A stretch of 63,698 nucleotides of DNA, filler included, from a bacterium (GCA_024275095.1; 4 parts of 4 records of this genome joined end to end with filler, not necessarily neighbours in it), one strand, 5' to 3'. Positions 29,440 through 41,303 are shown, numbered from the whole stretch's first letter. The notes: generated by a model not told the origin, from the sequence alone. Program-made: numbers and translations.

Positions 29440-29672
29440 TTCTCACCTTCTGTAACATGCTTACTTACAGCCTTTTCCATTGCTTTTCTCATATCACCTT
29501 TTTCAGGCTTGATACTGCCACGCAGACTCCTAAATGGTATCACCGGGATTAAAACTATTTTCCCTTCTTCCAGTATTACCTCAAGTTTAACAGATGGCTT
29601 TAGCCCGAGCTTTCTCCTGATTTTTGCAGGAATGGTTACCTGTCCCTTTGACGAAATTGATGTAAAACTCAT
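29436..29672 (-). CDS. AbrB/MazE/SpoVT family antitoxin
   Basis: ISSKGQVTIPAKIRRKLGL; upstream of PIN gene; RBS AAGGAGG. Confidence 0.9.
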   Translation of the reverse strand: MSFTSISSKGQVTIPAKIRRKLGLKPSVKLEVILEEGKIVLIPVIPFRSLRGSIKPEKGDMRKAMEKAVSKHVTEGEK

Positions 29673-29802
29673 TTAAACTTGTCCTCCTTTTTGCCTTTTG
29701 TTTTACATTATACCAAATGTAAAGAAATCTGAAAAGAGAAAGCACACTTCAATTTTCAAATCATCTGGTGCATTGCGCTACTCGTTTTCAATTGCCTGGT
29801 CA

Positions 29803-30291
29803 TGTATTGCCCCACCAATCCGAAATATTCGATAAGTGAGACCTCACGAGCAGGTTCGGGGTTCTTCAGGGCGAAAATAGAAGAATCTGGCAGGAATTTA
29901 ATCAGCTCAAAGGTCAGGGATAAAATAAAAACAGTTTCAAATGAGGAGGTGAGGCACGGGCGGGAAGGCAGAGATACCGCTGGAGCAGAAACTTGAGATC
30001 GTGCTTGCGGTACCTAAGGGCAAGCTATCAGTGGAAGAGACATGAGGAGGTGTTCAGTATCACCTGGAACAGTTCACAGGTGATATTATAACTGGCGCAG
30101 GCCCGACTCAGCATTAGGACTGAGAACACCGGCAGAAGTTTACCTGAATAAATCTTTTCACGAGATCAGGAAATTAAGTTTTGACCGGGATGCAACAGGA
30201 TATAAAATATCTATCCCGGAGATGCACGCATGAGAGTAAACTCTCTCATATTTTTCAGGGAAGTTATTTCGCTTTTTTCCGGGCCAATGCA
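29803..30291 (+). mobile_element. internally deleted IS3-like element
   Basis: Starts TGTATTGCCCC, ends GGGCCAATGCA (imperfect IR); relics of HTH OrfA (IPLEQKLEIVLAV) and integrase C-terminus (YNWRRPDSALGLRTPAEVY). Confidence 0.6.
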
Positions 30292-30652
30292 ATACCACCT
30301 CGATAATTACACCTCTCCTCAGAGAGAGCCCACCTTCCCTTCTTCATGATGCCATCTCCCCGTCTTGGTTCATTCCCTCTCACTCAAATTACTTAAACGC
30401 AAACACCTGTCAAGAATTTTTTGTGAGTGAATTTTGCAGGTCTGCAAAAATTAATTGATATTCTATGATTTAACAATTAAATCCCGGCAATTCTTGAACT
30501 TTCAAAAGAATTCTTGCCAATTTAAAAATAAATTGCTGAAAAATAATAGTTTTTGGGATGGTCCCTCTACCGGCACCGAAGAAACCACGCCGGAGCTTCA
30601 ACAGGTATAACCGGCAGGCGCGACATAAAGTCAGGGGGTTAAAGTACTAAAA

Positions 30653-32497
30653 TTACTGCTCCACCATTCTTCTGGCAAACAGGCGTGCAAAAGCCATACA
30701 TGTAATTTGAGGATTAACACCAAGTGAGGTTGGCATAAAGCTCGTATCAGCCACAACAAGATTTTTAACTCCTCTTACACGACCGTCCGGCCCCAGAGGA
30801 GCATCTATGTACTTTCCAGCTGCAAATGCCGTGCCCTTGGGATGAAAAGCGCCGAATTCCACGTCAGGTATTCTTATACGAGCTTCATCCAGGCGCTTCA
30901 TTTCGTCAGGACTATTGAGAATTTGAAACCCTCTAATGGGAAGATATACTCTTTCTGCTCCTGCTTCGAAATACAGCCTCGCCAGTGTTTTAATGCCTTT
31001 CAGGGCATTCTGTAAATCCTTCCAGCCCATTTGATAAAAAATCAGAGGTCTTCCTGAACGTGTATGCCATACAGACCCTATGGAATCCCTTTCCGATACC
31101 ATCACACCAAAAGCAGAAAGATGATGATATTCTTCCCTCATCCGCTCCCTTAACTGTTTCCCCGCATAGGGCAGGTTGATTGCTGCCGCACAGGGAGGTG
31201 CGAAAATACCTTCCAGCATAATGCCCTCGTGGGCAAAGTCATCTATATACCCTCCCTGAGGCACTCCTCTCCATCCTTCAACCCTCTCATGCATGAGCGC
31301 AAGCACGCGGGTTGCTGGGTGAATTGTTAAATTCTTCCCGAGTGAGCGATGTTTCACCCCGGATCGTTTAAGAATACCTGGTGTGTTGAGAGCACCCGCT
31401 GCAAGTACATAAAAACGGGCTCTTACTTTAACCATCCTTTTCCGTCCACCTCGCTCACTCACTGTAGCTTCAGCGTACTCAACCCTCTCATTTTTAAAAC
31501 AAAAGCGCTCAACCCTTATCCCTGTGTAAACCCTTGCTCCACGTCCTGCGGCCATGGGCACATAACTGATGTTCATCGACTGTTTCGCATCCTCCGGACA
31601 TCCAAAAGCACATCTGCCGCATCCCAAACAACCCCGCGCGTTTCTTCGCAGACTTTTAAATTTCAATCCCAGGGCCTCAGCTCCCCGACGCACAACCATC
31701 CCGTTAACCCCGAGATTTCTCATTTTCACAGGAGCTACAGACAGATCACTTTCAATCTCATCCAGCATGTTCTCAATTTCTTCTTCTTTGAAAGCATTCA
31801 TCCCGTATGGAACACGCCAGTGGTACATAACATGTGCTGGGGGTCTGAAACACGTTCCTGAGTTGACAGTTGTTGTACCGCCCACTCCCTTGCCTGTGGG
31901 CAAAAGAACAAAATTGTTGCCCGAAGTTGTAACGATTCCATTGTACTGATAAAGTTCACACATCACTTCCCACGGAGCTTTGGAAGCAAAATCTTCTCCA
32001 GTCATCCAGTCTTCACCCGCCTCTAAAACAGCAACATCAAAACCCAATGATGCCAGTTCATACGCTGCAGCAGCACCACCGGCACCGGAGCCAATAACCG
32101 CCACGTCGCACTCGAGCACGTTCTCTTTATCACCCAACTTAAATGCTCTGGTTGTTGTTACGGGCTGGCGAGGGGAATTTTCACAATGGGGGGTAAATCC
32201 CATTTCCTTTTCAAGCTGGGGAATGCTGTAGGCACCGATTGTAGAAATGAGTCTCAGCAGGAGACTCATTCCGCGAAGAGGAGCAACGGTACTGGACTCA
32301 AAACGATGTACCAGTGAAGCAGTATCTTTACCTGTAAAAAAAGAAAAGGTTTTAAAGATAAATCCTGCTGCTGCGAGGGTCAATTTTACTTCGGGCAGCA
32401 AGCCCTTCTTGTATTCTCGAATCCACCTGTCTAATTGCGAACCTTCCCGGTCCTCGAGACCAGCTGTTTCAGCATACACTTTGGTAATCAGAGCCAT
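30653..32497 (-). CDS. GMC family oxidoreductase
   Basis: IGSGAGG FAD motif, GVGGTTTVNSG, CLGCGRCAFGCP, GKNLTIHP, FHPKGT, GVNPQIT. Confidence 0.9.
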   Translation of the reverse strand: MALITKVYAETAGLEDREGSQLDRWIREYKKGLLPEVKLTLAAAGFIFKTFSFFTGKDTASLVHRFESSTVAPLRGMSLLLRLISTIGAYSIPQLEKEMGFTPHCENSPRQPVTTTRAFKLGDKENVLECDVAVIGSGAGGAAAAYELASLGFDVAVLEAGEDWMTGEDFASKAPWEVMCELYQYNGIVTTSGNNFVLLPTGKGVGGTTTVNSGTCFRPPAHVMYHWRVPYGMNAFKEEEIENMLDEIESDLSVAPVKMRNLGVNGMVVRRGAEALGLKFKSLRRNARGCLGCGRCAFGCPEDAKQSMNISYVPMAAGRGARVYTGIRVERFCFKNERVEYAEATVSERGGRKRMVKVRARFYVLAAGALNTPGILKRSGVKHRSLGKNLTIHPATRVLALMHERVEGWRGVPQGGYIDDFAHEGIMLEGIFAPPCAAAINLPYAGKQLRERMREEYHHLSAFGVMVSERDSIGSVWHTRSGRPLIFYQMGWKDLQNALKGIKTLARLYFEAGAERVYLPIRGFQILNSPDEMKRLDEARIRIPDVEFGAFHPKGTAFAAGKYIDAPLGPDGRVRGVKNLVVADTSFMPTSLGVNPQITCMAFARLFARRMVEQ

Positions 32498-32574
32498 TCA
32501 ACTACCACCAGCAAAGAAAAATGTCACGTGTGTCAAATACTTTTTAAATTCCGACTCACTGAGGAGAAAAGCAT

Positions 32575-33123
32575 TCAGCCTTTTCTCTCCTTATAAAGTT
32601 GTCTGCCGCGGTCAAAAGCTCTTTTATTAAGGTCCTCGGTGCCCTTGGGGACACGTGCAAGAATTGCCTTTTCTATGGATTCCGGTTTAACCCGTCCTTC
32701 CAGCGCTTCAGCTATGGTGCCCAGTGCAATCATATTGGCCACAATAGCCCTTCCTATTTCTTCAGCAGCAGTTCGCAAAAAAGGGATAGAAATAATCTGT
32801 ACATTTTTTTGAGCGCTGGTTCTTTTTACTCCGTCAGAATCTACAATAATCAATCCACCTTCCTTCACATCAGGAGAATACTTATCAAAAGACTCCTGCG
32901 TAAACGCCAGCAAAATATCCGCCTCCTGAACCTTCGGATAGTCAATTGGTTCATCAGATATAATTACTTCTGACTTACTGGCTCCACCCCGTGCTTCAGG
33001 TCCATACGACTGTGTCTGAACAGCGTGAAGATTATCATATACAGAAGCCGCTTCGCCCAAAATAATCCCTGCCAGAATAAGGCCCTGTCCACCTTCTCCG
33101 CTGAGTCTAACCTCATATCTCAT
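32575..33123 (-). CDS. korC: 2-oxoglutarate:ferredoxin oxidoreductase gamma subunit
   Basis: SGEGGQG, QSYGPEARGGAS, ANMIALG. Confidence 0.88.
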   Translation of the reverse strand: MRYEVRLSGEGGQGLILAGIILGEAASVYDNLHAVQTQSYGPEARGGASKSEVIISDEPIDYPKVQEADILLAFTQESFDKYSPDVKEGGLIIVDSDGVKRTSAQKNVQIISIPFLRTAAEEIGRAIVANMIALGTIAEALEGRVKPESIEKAILARVPKGTEDLNKRAFDRGRQLYKERKG

Positions 33124-33140
33124 CTCGAGCACCTCCTTGG

Positions 33141-33956
33141 TCAACCAGCAGCTTTCTTCATTAATTCTTTGTAAATTTCAGTGTATTCAACTTTCTCTTT
33201 ATCATCTCGAAAGATACCCATGGGAATCTTGCCCTCACGTTTTTCAGGCGGCAATTTTTCCATTGCCTTGAGGGGTATGGCTACAGTTTTCTCCCACTGG
33301 AAATTCTGAACAGCAGAAGGACGTTTATTTCGACGACCAAGACCTGTGTGACAGTGACCCAATACTTCAACAACAGAGAAACCTTTATGTTCAAAAGCCT
33401 TCTTGATGTAATCTTCCAGCTGCCCTGTATGATATACCGTTGACCTGGCCACAAATGTAGCGCCTGCACCCATAGCAATTTCTACAATATCCATGCGAGG
33501 TTCCAAATTCCCGTAGGGGGTTGTTGTGGTACGCCACCCATGAGGAGTGGTAGGAGAAACCTGCCCACCCGTCATCCCGTATATTTCATTGTTGTAAACA
33601 ATCGCGGTGATATCCACATTTCGCCTTGCTGCATGAATAAAATGATTTCCACCGATAGCAAGCATATCACCATCACCGCCCACAACAATTACGTTAAGAT
33701 GGGGTTTAACCATCTTTATACCAATGGCAAAGGTGAGAGCTCGACCGTGCGTGGTGTGAAGCGTGTTAAAGTCTACATATCCGGGAATGCGTCCTGTGCA
33801 TCCAATACCGGAGACCACTACAACATCATCTTTCTTCCAGCCCATCCCATGCACGGCTCTCAACATGCTCTTGAGCATTACGCCCAGGCCGCATCCCGGG
33901 CACCAGATATGTGGCATTTTGTCCTGACGCAGGTAATATTCATAATCAAAAGCCAT
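33141..33956 (-). CDS. korB: 2-oxoglutarate:ferredoxin oxidoreductase beta subunit
   Basis: WCPGCG, SGIGC, HTTHGRA, GDGD TPP motif, YGMTGGQ. Confidence 0.9.
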   Translation of the reverse strand: MAFDYEYYLRQDKMPHIWCPGCGLGVMLKSMLRAVHGMGWKKDDVVVVSGIGCTGRIPGYVDFNTLHTTHGRALTFAIGIKMVKPHLNVIVVGGDGDMLAIGGNHFIHAARRNVDITAIVYNNEIYGMTGGQVSPTTPHGWRTTTTPYGNLEPRMDIVEIAMGAGATFVARSTVYHTGQLEDYIKKAFEHKGFSVVEVLGHCHTGLGRRNKRPSAVQNFQWEKTVAIPLKAMEKLPPEKREGKIPMGIFRDDKEKVEYTEIYKELMKKAAG

Positions 33957-35098
33957 CACAGTTCCTCCTTAACCTTGTTGATGATCTCAACCGGTGTAAT
34001 TGGTTCAGTATTAATTTTGTTAACTCCTACCACCTTCGCATCAGCTGAAGCGCATCTTTCGACCTCGTAGATAAGCTGGCCGAGATTAAGTTCCGGCACC
34101 ACGACAAGCTTCGCCTTTTCAGTTACTTCACGCACCTGAGTCTCAGGGAAAGGCCATACCGTGTAAAGGGCCAGTAAGGCTGCCTTCACGCCGGTATCCC
34201 TCAACGTACGGACAGCTGCACGAGCCGATCTGACTGTTGCACCAAAGGTGATTACTACAACTTCCGGCGAATCATCAGCGTACATGTCAACAACTTTTAT
34301 GATGTCCTCTTTGTTTGCTTCAATTTTGCGCAGTAGGCGTTCTTCTGTACGCTGAATAATCTTGCCGTTATTGGTGGGGAACCCTGTTTCATCGTGATTT
34401 AAGCCGGTAACGTGGAATCGATATCCTTCACCGTAAGCGGCCATAGGAGGTATATCACCGAAAGATTCGTCATACGGCTTGTATTTCTCCGGAGGAACCG
34501 TGGGCCTGGGTCTACTGAGAATCTCCAGCTCTCCCGGCTCCGGAATTCTCACCTTTTCCCTCATGTGACCGATAATTTCATCCATCAGGAAAATCACAGG
34601 GTTCCTGTACTTCTCCGCAAGATTAAATGCCCGCACCACTTCTGTGAAGCACTCTTCCACCGTAGTGGGCGACACGGCGATTACCGGATGATCCCCGTGC
34701 GTACCCCAGCGCGCCTGCATGACGTCTGACTGCGAAGGACCGGTTGGAAATCCTGTGGAAGGACCTCCACGCTGGACATTGACCACCACACAGGGAACCT
34801 CAGCAATGCAGGCAAAACCGATGTGTTCCTGTTTGAGAGAAAAACCAGGACCGCTGGTAGCTGTCATAGATTTTGCTCCAGTTAATGAGGCACCAATTAC
34901 GGCGCCCATGGAGGCGATTTCATCTTCCATCTGGATAAAAACTCCCCCGCGTTTTGGAAGCTGAGCAGAAAGGTATTCCGCAATCTCTGAAGACGGAGTA
35001 ATGGGATAACCTGCGAAAAACGTGAGACCGGCGTAAAGAGCACCTTCAGCACACGCTTCATTTCCGGACATAAATTTCAAATCTGATTTTTTACTCAC
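33956..35098 (-). CDS. korA: 2-oxoglutarate:ferredoxin oxidoreductase alpha subunit
   Basis: GNEACA, GYPITP, QMEDEI, TATSGPG, QRGGPSTG. Confidence 0.9.
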   Translation of the reverse strand: MSKKSDLKFMSGNEACAEGALYAGLTFFAGYPITPSSEIAEYLSAQLPKRGGVFIQMEDEIASMGAVIGASLTGAKSMTATSGPGFSLKQEHIGFACIAEVPCVVVNVQRGGPSTGFPTGPSQSDVMQARWGTHGDHPVIAVSPTTVEECFTEVVRAFNLAEKYRNPVIFLMDEIIGHMREKVRIPEPGELEILSRPRPTVPPEKYKPYDESFGDIPPMAAYGEGYRFHVTGLNHDETGFPTNNGKIIQRTEERLLRKIEANKEDIIKVVDMYADDSPEVVVITFGATVRSARAAVRTLRDTGVKAALLALYTVWPFPETQVREVTEKAKLVVVPELNLGQLIYEVERCASADAKVVGVNKINTEPITPVEIINKVKEEL

Positions 35099-35369
35099 CT
35101 TTTCCCTCCTCGTCCAGATCAATGACATAAATAGCAAAATCAGGACATAAAAGTTCACACCTCATGCATTTAGTGCATTTTTCCAGTGCTTTTACCTTGG
35201 CCTTGAAATCCCTTAACTCAAGCACATCGTTGGGACAGAACTGAACGCACACATCACAATTCTTGCAGCGTCGCTCGTCAATAATGATTGTAACGCTGCC
35301 CTTCTGACACTCACCGGTATACTCTTTGATTACTGAGGGATCTGGTTCTATAAGTTTTATTTTGGTCAT
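35091..35369 (-). CDS. korD: 2x[4Fe-4S] ferredoxin-like delta subunit
   Basis: CKNCDVCVQFCP and CTKCMRCELLCPDFAI. Confidence 0.85.
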   Translation of the reverse strand: MTKIKLIEPDPSVIKEYTGECQKGSVTIIIDERRCKNCDVCVQFCPNDVLELRDFKAKVKALEKCTKCMRCELLCPDFAIYVIDLDEEGKGE

Positions 35370-35380
35370 TTTCAAACTCC

Positions 35381-36265
35381 TTATAAAAGTCCCTTTTCTT
35401 TCATGACCTTTTCAACCGTTTCACCAATATGCGCCGGCGTTGGAGCAACAGCCACCCCGGCTTCTTCCAGTGCGCGGATCTTATCTTCAGCCTTACCACT
35501 TCCACCGGAAATAATAGCACCGGCATGTCCCATCCTTTTCCCCGGGGGAGCCGTTCGACCCGCAATAAATGCCACTACAGGTTTCGTTACACGTTCCTTG
35601 ATAAATTCGGCTGCCTCTTCTTCAGCCCGGCCCCCAATCTCTCCTATAAGAACAATCGCTTTCGTTTCCGGGTCTTCCTGAAAAAGGGTGAGCACATCAA
35701 CAAAGTTGGTACCCGGAATGGGATCACCACCGATACCAACACATGTACTCTGGCCTATACCGCGTCGTGTGAGCTGATCAACAGCTTCATAGGTGAGAGT
35801 TCCGCTTCGAGACACCACACCCACCGGGCCTTTTTTATGAATATATCCCGGCATGATGCCAATCTTACATTCCTCCGGAGTAATTATGCCAGGGCAGTTC
35901 GGACCAATAAGCACACTACCCTTCTCTTTTACGTACTTCTTCGCCTTGAGAGCATCAAGAGGAGGGATACCCTCGGTAATACACACAATCACCTTTATTC
36001 CTGCATCAGCAGCTTCCATAATGGCATCTCCCGCAAAAGGAGCAGGAACAAAAATCATGGAAGCATCAGCGCCGGTTGCTTCAACAGCTTCTCGGACAGT
36101 ATCAAACACAGGGACTCCTTCCACCTCCATACCACCTTTTCCAGGGGTTACTCCTCCAACCACCTGAGTACCATAGTCGAGGCACTGCCTTGTGTGGAAT
36201 CTCCCGTTATTTCCAGTGATTCCCTGAGTGATAACCTTGGTCTCTTTATTTACCAGAATGGACAT
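35381..36265 (-). CDS. sucD: succinyl-CoA synthetase alpha subunit
   Basis: [35 protein letters not shown]. Confidence 0.97.
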   Translation of the reverse strand: MSILVNKETKVITQGITGNNGRFHTRQCLDYGTQVVGGVTPGKGGMEVEGVPVFDTVREAVEATGADASMIFVPAPFAGDAIMEAADAGIKVIVCITEGIPPLDALKAKKYVKEKGSVLIGPNCPGIITPEECKIGIMPGYIHKKGPVGVVSRSGTLTYEAVDQLTRRGIGQSTCVGIGGDPIPGTNFVDVLTLFQEDPETKAIVLIGEIGGRAEEEAAEFIKERVTKPVVAFIAGRTAPPGKRMGHAGAIISGGSGKAEDKIRALEEAGVAVAPTPAHIGETVEKVMKEKGLL

Positions 36266-36277
36266 CGCCACCCCTCC

Positions 36278-37453
36278 TTACTCGGCCTTGACTGACCCGC
36301 CGGCGGCTTCCACCACCTTCCGAGCGGCGTCATACATATCAGAAGCATTGATAATATCCAGCCCTGAACTGCCAAGAATTTCACGACCCTTTTCCACATT
36401 GGTACCTTCGAGCCTCACCACGAGAGGCACCTTCAGGCCCAGTTCCTTTGCTGCAGCCACAACACCCTCTGCAAGCACATCACATCTCATAATTCCGCCA
36501 AATATATTCACCAGAATGGCTTTTACATTTGGGTCCTGAAGAATGATGGAAAACGCCTTGGCCACCTTCTCTTTATCAGCTCCGCCACCTACGTCAAGAA
36601 AATTGGCAGGTTCTCCTCCGCAGTACTTGATGATATCCATGGTGGCCATGGCGAGTCCTGCTCCGTTTACCAGGCAGCCAATATCACCTGAAAGACTCAC
36701 GTAACTGATATCGTATTCCTTGGCTTCCCTCTCCTTAGGATCCTCTTCTTCAGGGTCCCACAGTTCTCTCACATCGGGATGGCGGAAAAGCGCGTTATCA
36801 TCAAAATTTATCTTCGCGTCAAGTGCAAGCACTCTTCCATCAGAGGTGAGAACCAACGGGTTAATCTCGGCAAGCGAACAATCTTTCTCCAGATACAGCC
36901 TGGCGAGACCTTTGAAAATACCGGCTACAGCCCTCAGGTGTTCTTTGAGTCCCAGTTTAATTGCAAGCTTACGACCCTGATAGTCTGAAAACCCACGGAC
37001 AGGATCAAGATATTCAATAAATATTTTCTCAGGGCTGGTTCTGGCCACCTCCTCAATTTCCACTCCTCCCTCGGTGGAAGCCATAATCGCCACCGCCTCC
37101 CGAGATCGGTCCAGGGTGAGCCCCACATAGTACTCTTTAACTATATCCATCGCCTCTTCCACAAGTACCATGCGAACCTTCTTGCCTTCCGGGCCTGTCT
37201 GGTGTGTAACCAGAGTCATACCAATCATTTCTCCTGCGATCTTCTCAACTTCATCTAACGAGGAAGCGAGCTTAATACCACCAGCCTTACCCCGACCGCC
37301 GGCGTGCACCTGAGCCTTGATCACCCACTTTTCACCCCCGATATCCTGGGCTACCTTTCTGGCTTCCTGTGGAGTTTGGGCTAGGCCTCCACGGGGTACG
37401 GGGATACTGTAAGACTTGAAGACCTCCTTGGCCTGATACTCATGGACATTCAT
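36278..37453 (-). CDS. sucC: succinyl-CoA synthetase beta subunit
   Basis: [44 protein letters not shown]. Confidence 0.97.
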   Translation of the reverse strand: MNVHEYQAKEVFKSYSIPVPRGGLAQTPQEARKVAQDIGGEKWVIKAQVHAGGRGKAGGIKLASSLDEVEKIAGEMIGMTLVTHQTGPEGKKVRMVLVEEAMDIVKEYYVGLTLDRSREAVAIMASTEGGVEIEEVARTSPEKIFIEYLDPVRGFSDYQGRKLAIKLGLKEHLRAVAGIFKGLARLYLEKDCSLAEINPLVLTSDGRVLALDAKINFDDNALFRHPDVRELWDPEEEDPKEREAKEYDISYVSLSGDIGCLVNGAGLAMATMDIIKYCGGEPANFLDVGGGADKEKVAKAFSIILQDPNVKAILVNIFGGIMRCDVLAEGVVAAAKELGLKVPLVVRLEGTNVEKGREILGSSGLDIINASDMYDAARKVVEAAGGSVKAE

Positions 37454-37518
37454 ACTTTCCCCCCTTCACTGATGTATAACTTCATGTATCAGGAACTTTA
37501 ATTACTCTCCAGGCCCGT

Positions 37519-38079
37519 TCAGGCACTCCGTTTATATTTTTCAACTCCCAGCTTGTACAGGTCTCCCCCGTAAATATCATTCACAACAAAAACGGGGAAA
37601 TCCTCCACCTCCAGGCGATAAACTGCTTCCGGGCCCAGTTCCTCGTACGCAACAACTTCCATCTTCCTTATCCGCTTGGAAAGAAGTGCACCAGCCCCAC
37701 CCACTGCGCCAAAATATACTGCTTTGTACTTCATACATGCTTCAACCACTTCTCTCGAACGAGAACCCTTTCCAATCATTCCTTTCAGGCCCCTTTCAAT
37801 GAGAAGTGGGGCATAGGCATCCATTCTTCCACTGGTTGTAGGGCCGGCTGAACCAATTACATAACCCGGTTTGGCTGGCGCGGGCCCCACGTAGTATATT
37901 ACCTGCCCCCGAATATCAAAAGGCAAGTCATCGCCACGATTGATCGCGTCCACCATCCGTTTATGCGCAGCATCTCTGCCCGTGTATACCACCCCGGAAA
38001 GGAGGACTTTATCGCCGGCCTTCAACGACCCAATCACCTCATCTGTGAGGGGGAGCTGGATTTTCTTTTCGTTTGCCAT
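37519..38079 (-). CDS. Fe-S type fumarate hydratase beta subunit
   Basis: TGRDAAH, GPTTSGRM, IGKG. Confidence 0.9.
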   Translation of the reverse strand: MANEKKIQLPLTDEVIGSLKAGDKVLLSGVVYTGRDAAHKRMVDAINRGDDLPFDIRGQVIYYVGPAPAKPGYVIGSAGPTTSGRMDAYAPLLIERGLKGMIGKGSRSREVVEACMKYKAVYFGAVGGAGALLSKRIRKMEVVAYEELGPEAVYRLEVEDFPVFVVNDIYGGDLYKLGVEKYKRSA

Positions 38080-38092
38080 ATCTATCCCCCCT

Positions 38093-38932
38093 TTAGAGAA
38101 TCACTTCTTTATGTCGTGCAGCGTGGCACTGGATATTCACAGCCACTGGAAGTGATGCAATATGACACGGCATCATCTCAACATGGACAGCAAGTGCTGT
38201 GGTGCGACCACCGTAGCCCTGAGGTCCAATACCCAGATTATTAATTTCCCTCAAGAGTTCCTGTTCCAGTGCCGCAATCTCTACGTCTGGATTGGGTTTA
38301 CCCAGGGGCCTTAAAAGAGCCTTCTTCGCCAGAAATGCGCTCACTTCGAAATTACCGCCGATACCCACTCCCACCACAACAGGAGGACACGGATTGGGAC
38401 CCGCTTTTTCTACTGTCTCCACGACAAACTTCTTTACCCCTTCGCGTCCCTCTGCCGGCTTCATCATGCGCAATGCCGACATGTTTTCAGACCCTCCCCC
38501 CTTGGGCGCGACCACTATCTTGATTTTGTCACCGGGTACCAGAGTTAAATGAACAATAGCTGGAGTATTATCTCCCACGTTCTTCCTCGTAAAGGGGTGG
38601 CATGTAGATTTTCTCAAATATCCTTCCTTGTATCCCTCTCTCACCCCTTCGTTAATGGCTTCATAAAGATCTCCCCCTACCACATGCACATCCTGCCCAA
38701 GTTCCACAAATACCACAGCAAGACCTGTGTCCTGACAGATGGGGATTTCTTCCCTGGATGCGAGTTCATCATTTTCGATAATAATATTGAGCGTTTCTCT
38801 CGCCACCTCCGATTCCTCTGCATCAACACCCTTTTTCAGCATCATCATCACATCGTCGGGAATGCGGTAATTGGCTTCCATGCATAGCTTCTTTACAGCC
38901 TCTTTAATCTCTTCTGTTTTGATTTCTCTCAC
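38093..38932 (-). CDS. Fe-S type fumarate hydratase alpha subunit
   Basis: PICQDTG, PKGGGSEN, NPCPP, GIGPQGYGG, QCHAARH. Confidence 0.9.
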   Translation of the reverse strand: MREIKTEEIKEAVKKLCMEANYRIPDDVMMMLKKGVDAEESEVARETLNIIIENDELASREEIPICQDTGLAVVFVELGQDVHVVGGDLYEAINEGVREGYKEGYLRKSTCHPFTRKNVGDNTPAIVHLTLVPGDKIKIVVAPKGGGSENMSALRMMKPAEGREGVKKFVVETVEKAGPNPCPPVVVGVGIGGNFEVSAFLAKKALLRPLGKPNPDVEIAALEQELLREINNLGIGPQGYGGRTTALAVHVEMMPCHIASLPVAVNIQCHAARHKEVIL

Positions 38933-38957
38933 CTTTAAACCTCCATTTGAGGCCTTG

Positions 38958-39899
38958 TTAAAACACGTTGAGCGAGTCCACCTCCTGCATGAGTTTTTTC
39001 ACATGTTCCATTGATTTGTCCAGTGCACTCTTCTCGTCAGATGTAAGTTCAAATTCCACGATCTCCTCAACACCACCAGCACCCAGTTTGGCAGGCAGAC
39101 CCACAAACACATCCTTGTACCCGTATTCTCCCTGACAGTACACACAACACGGGATAATCTGTTTTTTATCTTTGAGGATGGACTCCACCATTTCTACCGT
39201 ACCCATGGCAGGAGCATAATACGCGCTTCCGGTCTTCAGAAGTGCCACAATTTCTCCACCGCCTTTCCTTGTACGCTCTACAATGGCATCCAGTCTTTCC
39301 TTGGGAATGAGTTTTTCAACAGGTGTACCGGCAACAGTGGTGTATCGTGTGGACGGCACCATGAGGTCACCGTGACTACCCAGCACAAACGCGGTGACAT
39401 CTTTCACGGATACGCCCAATTCCATTGCGATAAATGTCCGGAAACGTGCGGAGTCCAGCATTCCTGCCATGCCCATGACTCGCTCGCGCGGAAAACCGCT
39501 TACACGGAAAGCTGTGTAAGTCATTGCATCCAGAGGGTTGGTCACCACGATGATAATCGCATCAGGTGATTTCTCCACTGCTTTCTTGGTTACATCCGCC
39601 ACAATGTTCACGTTTTTCTCAAGGAGTTCCTCTCGGGACATCCCGGGCTTTCGGGGAAGCCCTGATGTGATGACCATCACATCAGACCCTGTCGTTTCCC
39701 AGTAGTCGTTGGTTCCGACAATCTTTACATCGTACTGAAGAATGGGACCTGCCTGCATCATATCAAGTGCCTTACCCTGCGGCATCCCCTCAACTATATC
39801 CACCAGGACAACATCCGCCAGTTCCTTCATGGCAACACCAAAAGCCACATGTTCACCAACATGACCTGCGCCAATAACTGTGACTTTTTTCTTAGCCAT
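38958..39899 (-). CDS. mdh: malate dehydrogenase (LDH-like)
   Basis: [33 protein letters not shown]. Confidence 0.95.
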   Translation of the reverse strand: MAKKKVTVIGAGHVGEHVAFGVAMKELADVVLVDIVEGMPQGKALDMMQAGPILQYDVKIVGTNDYWETTGSDVMVITSGLPRKPGMSREELLEKNVNIVADVTKKAVEKSPDAIIIVVTNPLDAMTYTAFRVSGFPRERVMGMAGMLDSARFRTFIAMELGVSVKDVTAFVLGSHGDLMVPSTRYTTVAGTPVEKLIPKERLDAIVERTRKGGGEIVALLKTGSAYYAPAMGTVEMVESILKDKKQIIPCCVYCQGEYGYKDVFVGLPAKLGAGGVEEIVEFELTSDEKSALDKSMEHVKKLMQEVDSLNVF

Positions 39900-39942
39900 A
39901 ACAATCACCTCCACTTTTTTTAAATAAATCAAACACTACCAC

Positions 39943-41175
39943 TCACTTTTTCTCCAGGACCACATCCATGTTCTCTACTATAGCTTTTCCAAACTCTGAG
40001 CATTTGAGAAGAGTCGCACCTTCCATCTGTCTGTGGAGGTCGTATGTCACCCGTTTCTGTTTGATGGTTTCAGCCATTGCTTTGACAATAAGGTCAGCAG
40101 CTTCAATCCAGCCCATGTATTTAAACATCTCCACTCCTGAAAGAATCACACTGCCCGGGTTCACTTTATCCTGACCTGCATACTTGGGAGCAGTACCATG
40201 TGTAGCTTCAAACAAGGCCACGTAATCTCCAATGTTTCCACCCGGAGCCATACCAAGACCGCCCACCTGCGCTGCACAGGCATCTGAGAGGTAGTCTCCG
40301 TTAAGATTCGGTAAGGCAATCACATCATATTCATTAGAGCGGGTAAGTACCTGCTGGAACATGTTGTCAGCAATACGATCCTTTATCACGATCTTGCCTT
40401 CAGGCTGTTCACCGTTGTACTTTTCCCAGAGTTCATCTTCAGTAATAACGATGTCAGCGAACTCTTCTTTGGCTAACTCGTAGCCCCACTCACGAAACGC
40501 ACCCTCCGTAAACTTCATGATGTTGCCCTTGTGCACAAGTGTGACACTTTTTCTGTTCCACTGAATTGCATATTGAATTGCCTTTCTTACGAGTCGCTTG
40601 GTACCGAACTCACTGATGGGTTTAATGCCAATACCCGAATCTTCCCGAATCTTCGTGCCCATTTCCTTGTTGAGAAACTCTATCACTTTCCTGGCCTCAG
40701 TAGTTCCCATTTTCCACTCAATACCGGCATACACGTCTTCAGTGTTTTCCCTGAAAATCACAACGTCCAGTTTCCAGGGTTCTTTTACTGGAGAAGGTAC
40801 TCCTTCTATCCATCGCACAGGTCTCACGCAGGCATAAAGGTCAAGGATCTGCCTGAGAGACACATTGAGTGAACGGTAACCTCCACCCACAGGGGTGGTC
40901 AGTGGACCTTTAATGGCGACAATATGTTCCTTGATGGCATCAATTGTCTCCTGCGGCAGTGGTTCGCCTTTGACGTTCATCGCTTTTTCACCAGCGTAAA
41001 TTTCCAGCCAGTGAATTTTGCGTTTTCCACCGTAAGCCTTTTCCACTGCAGCGTCGAACACCATAACCGACGCCCGCCAGATATCCGGTCCCGTACCATC
41101 ACCTTCGATAAACGGGATAATTGGTTCGTCAGGTACAGAAAGTTTCCCATCTACGACTTTGATTTTCTCAGCCAT
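39943..41175 (-). CDS. icd: isocitrate dehydrogenase (dimeric NADP-type)
   Basis: [44 protein letters not shown]. Confidence 0.96.
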   Translation of the reverse strand: MAEKIKVVDGKLSVPDEPIIPFIEGDGTGPDIWRASVMVFDAAVEKAYGGKRKIHWLEIYAGEKAMNVKGEPLPQETIDAIKEHIVAIKGPLTTPVGGGYRSLNVSLRQILDLYACVRPVRWIEGVPSPVKEPWKLDVVIFRENTEDVYAGIEWKMGTTEARKVIEFLNKEMGTKIREDSGIGIKPISEFGTKRLVRKAIQYAIQWNRKSVTLVHKGNIMKFTEGAFREWGYELAKEEFADIVITEDELWEKYNGEQPEGKIVIKDRIADNMFQQVLTRSNEYDVIALPNLNGDYLSDACAAQVGGLGMAPGGNIGDYVALFEATHGTAPKYAGQDKVNPGSVILSGVEMFKYMGWIEAADLIVKAMAETIKQKRVTYDLHRQMEGATLLKCSEFGKAIVENMDVVLEKK

Positions 41176-41240
41176 TGCCACCTCCGTTCGTAAAATTTTT
41201 TGGATATTGTCGGGCTCCCTTTCACCCCCGCGGGTAAAGT

Positions 41241-41270
41241 AGCCCGGCAGCATATGCTGCCGGGCTTTTA
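41241..41270. terminator. perfect 26-bp palindromic hairpin between gltA and icd
   Basis: AGCCCGGCAGCAT/ATGCTGCCGGGCT followed by TTTT on the + strand. Confidence 0.55.
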
Positions 41271-41303
41271 GTTATGCCTTTACAGGTGCTCTTGTCAAGA
41301 AAA

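Noticed and set aside
30560-30650. GC-rich stretch downstream of the GMC gene as possible ncRNA
   Set aside because: No SRP, 6S, tmRNA or riboswitch motif recognised.
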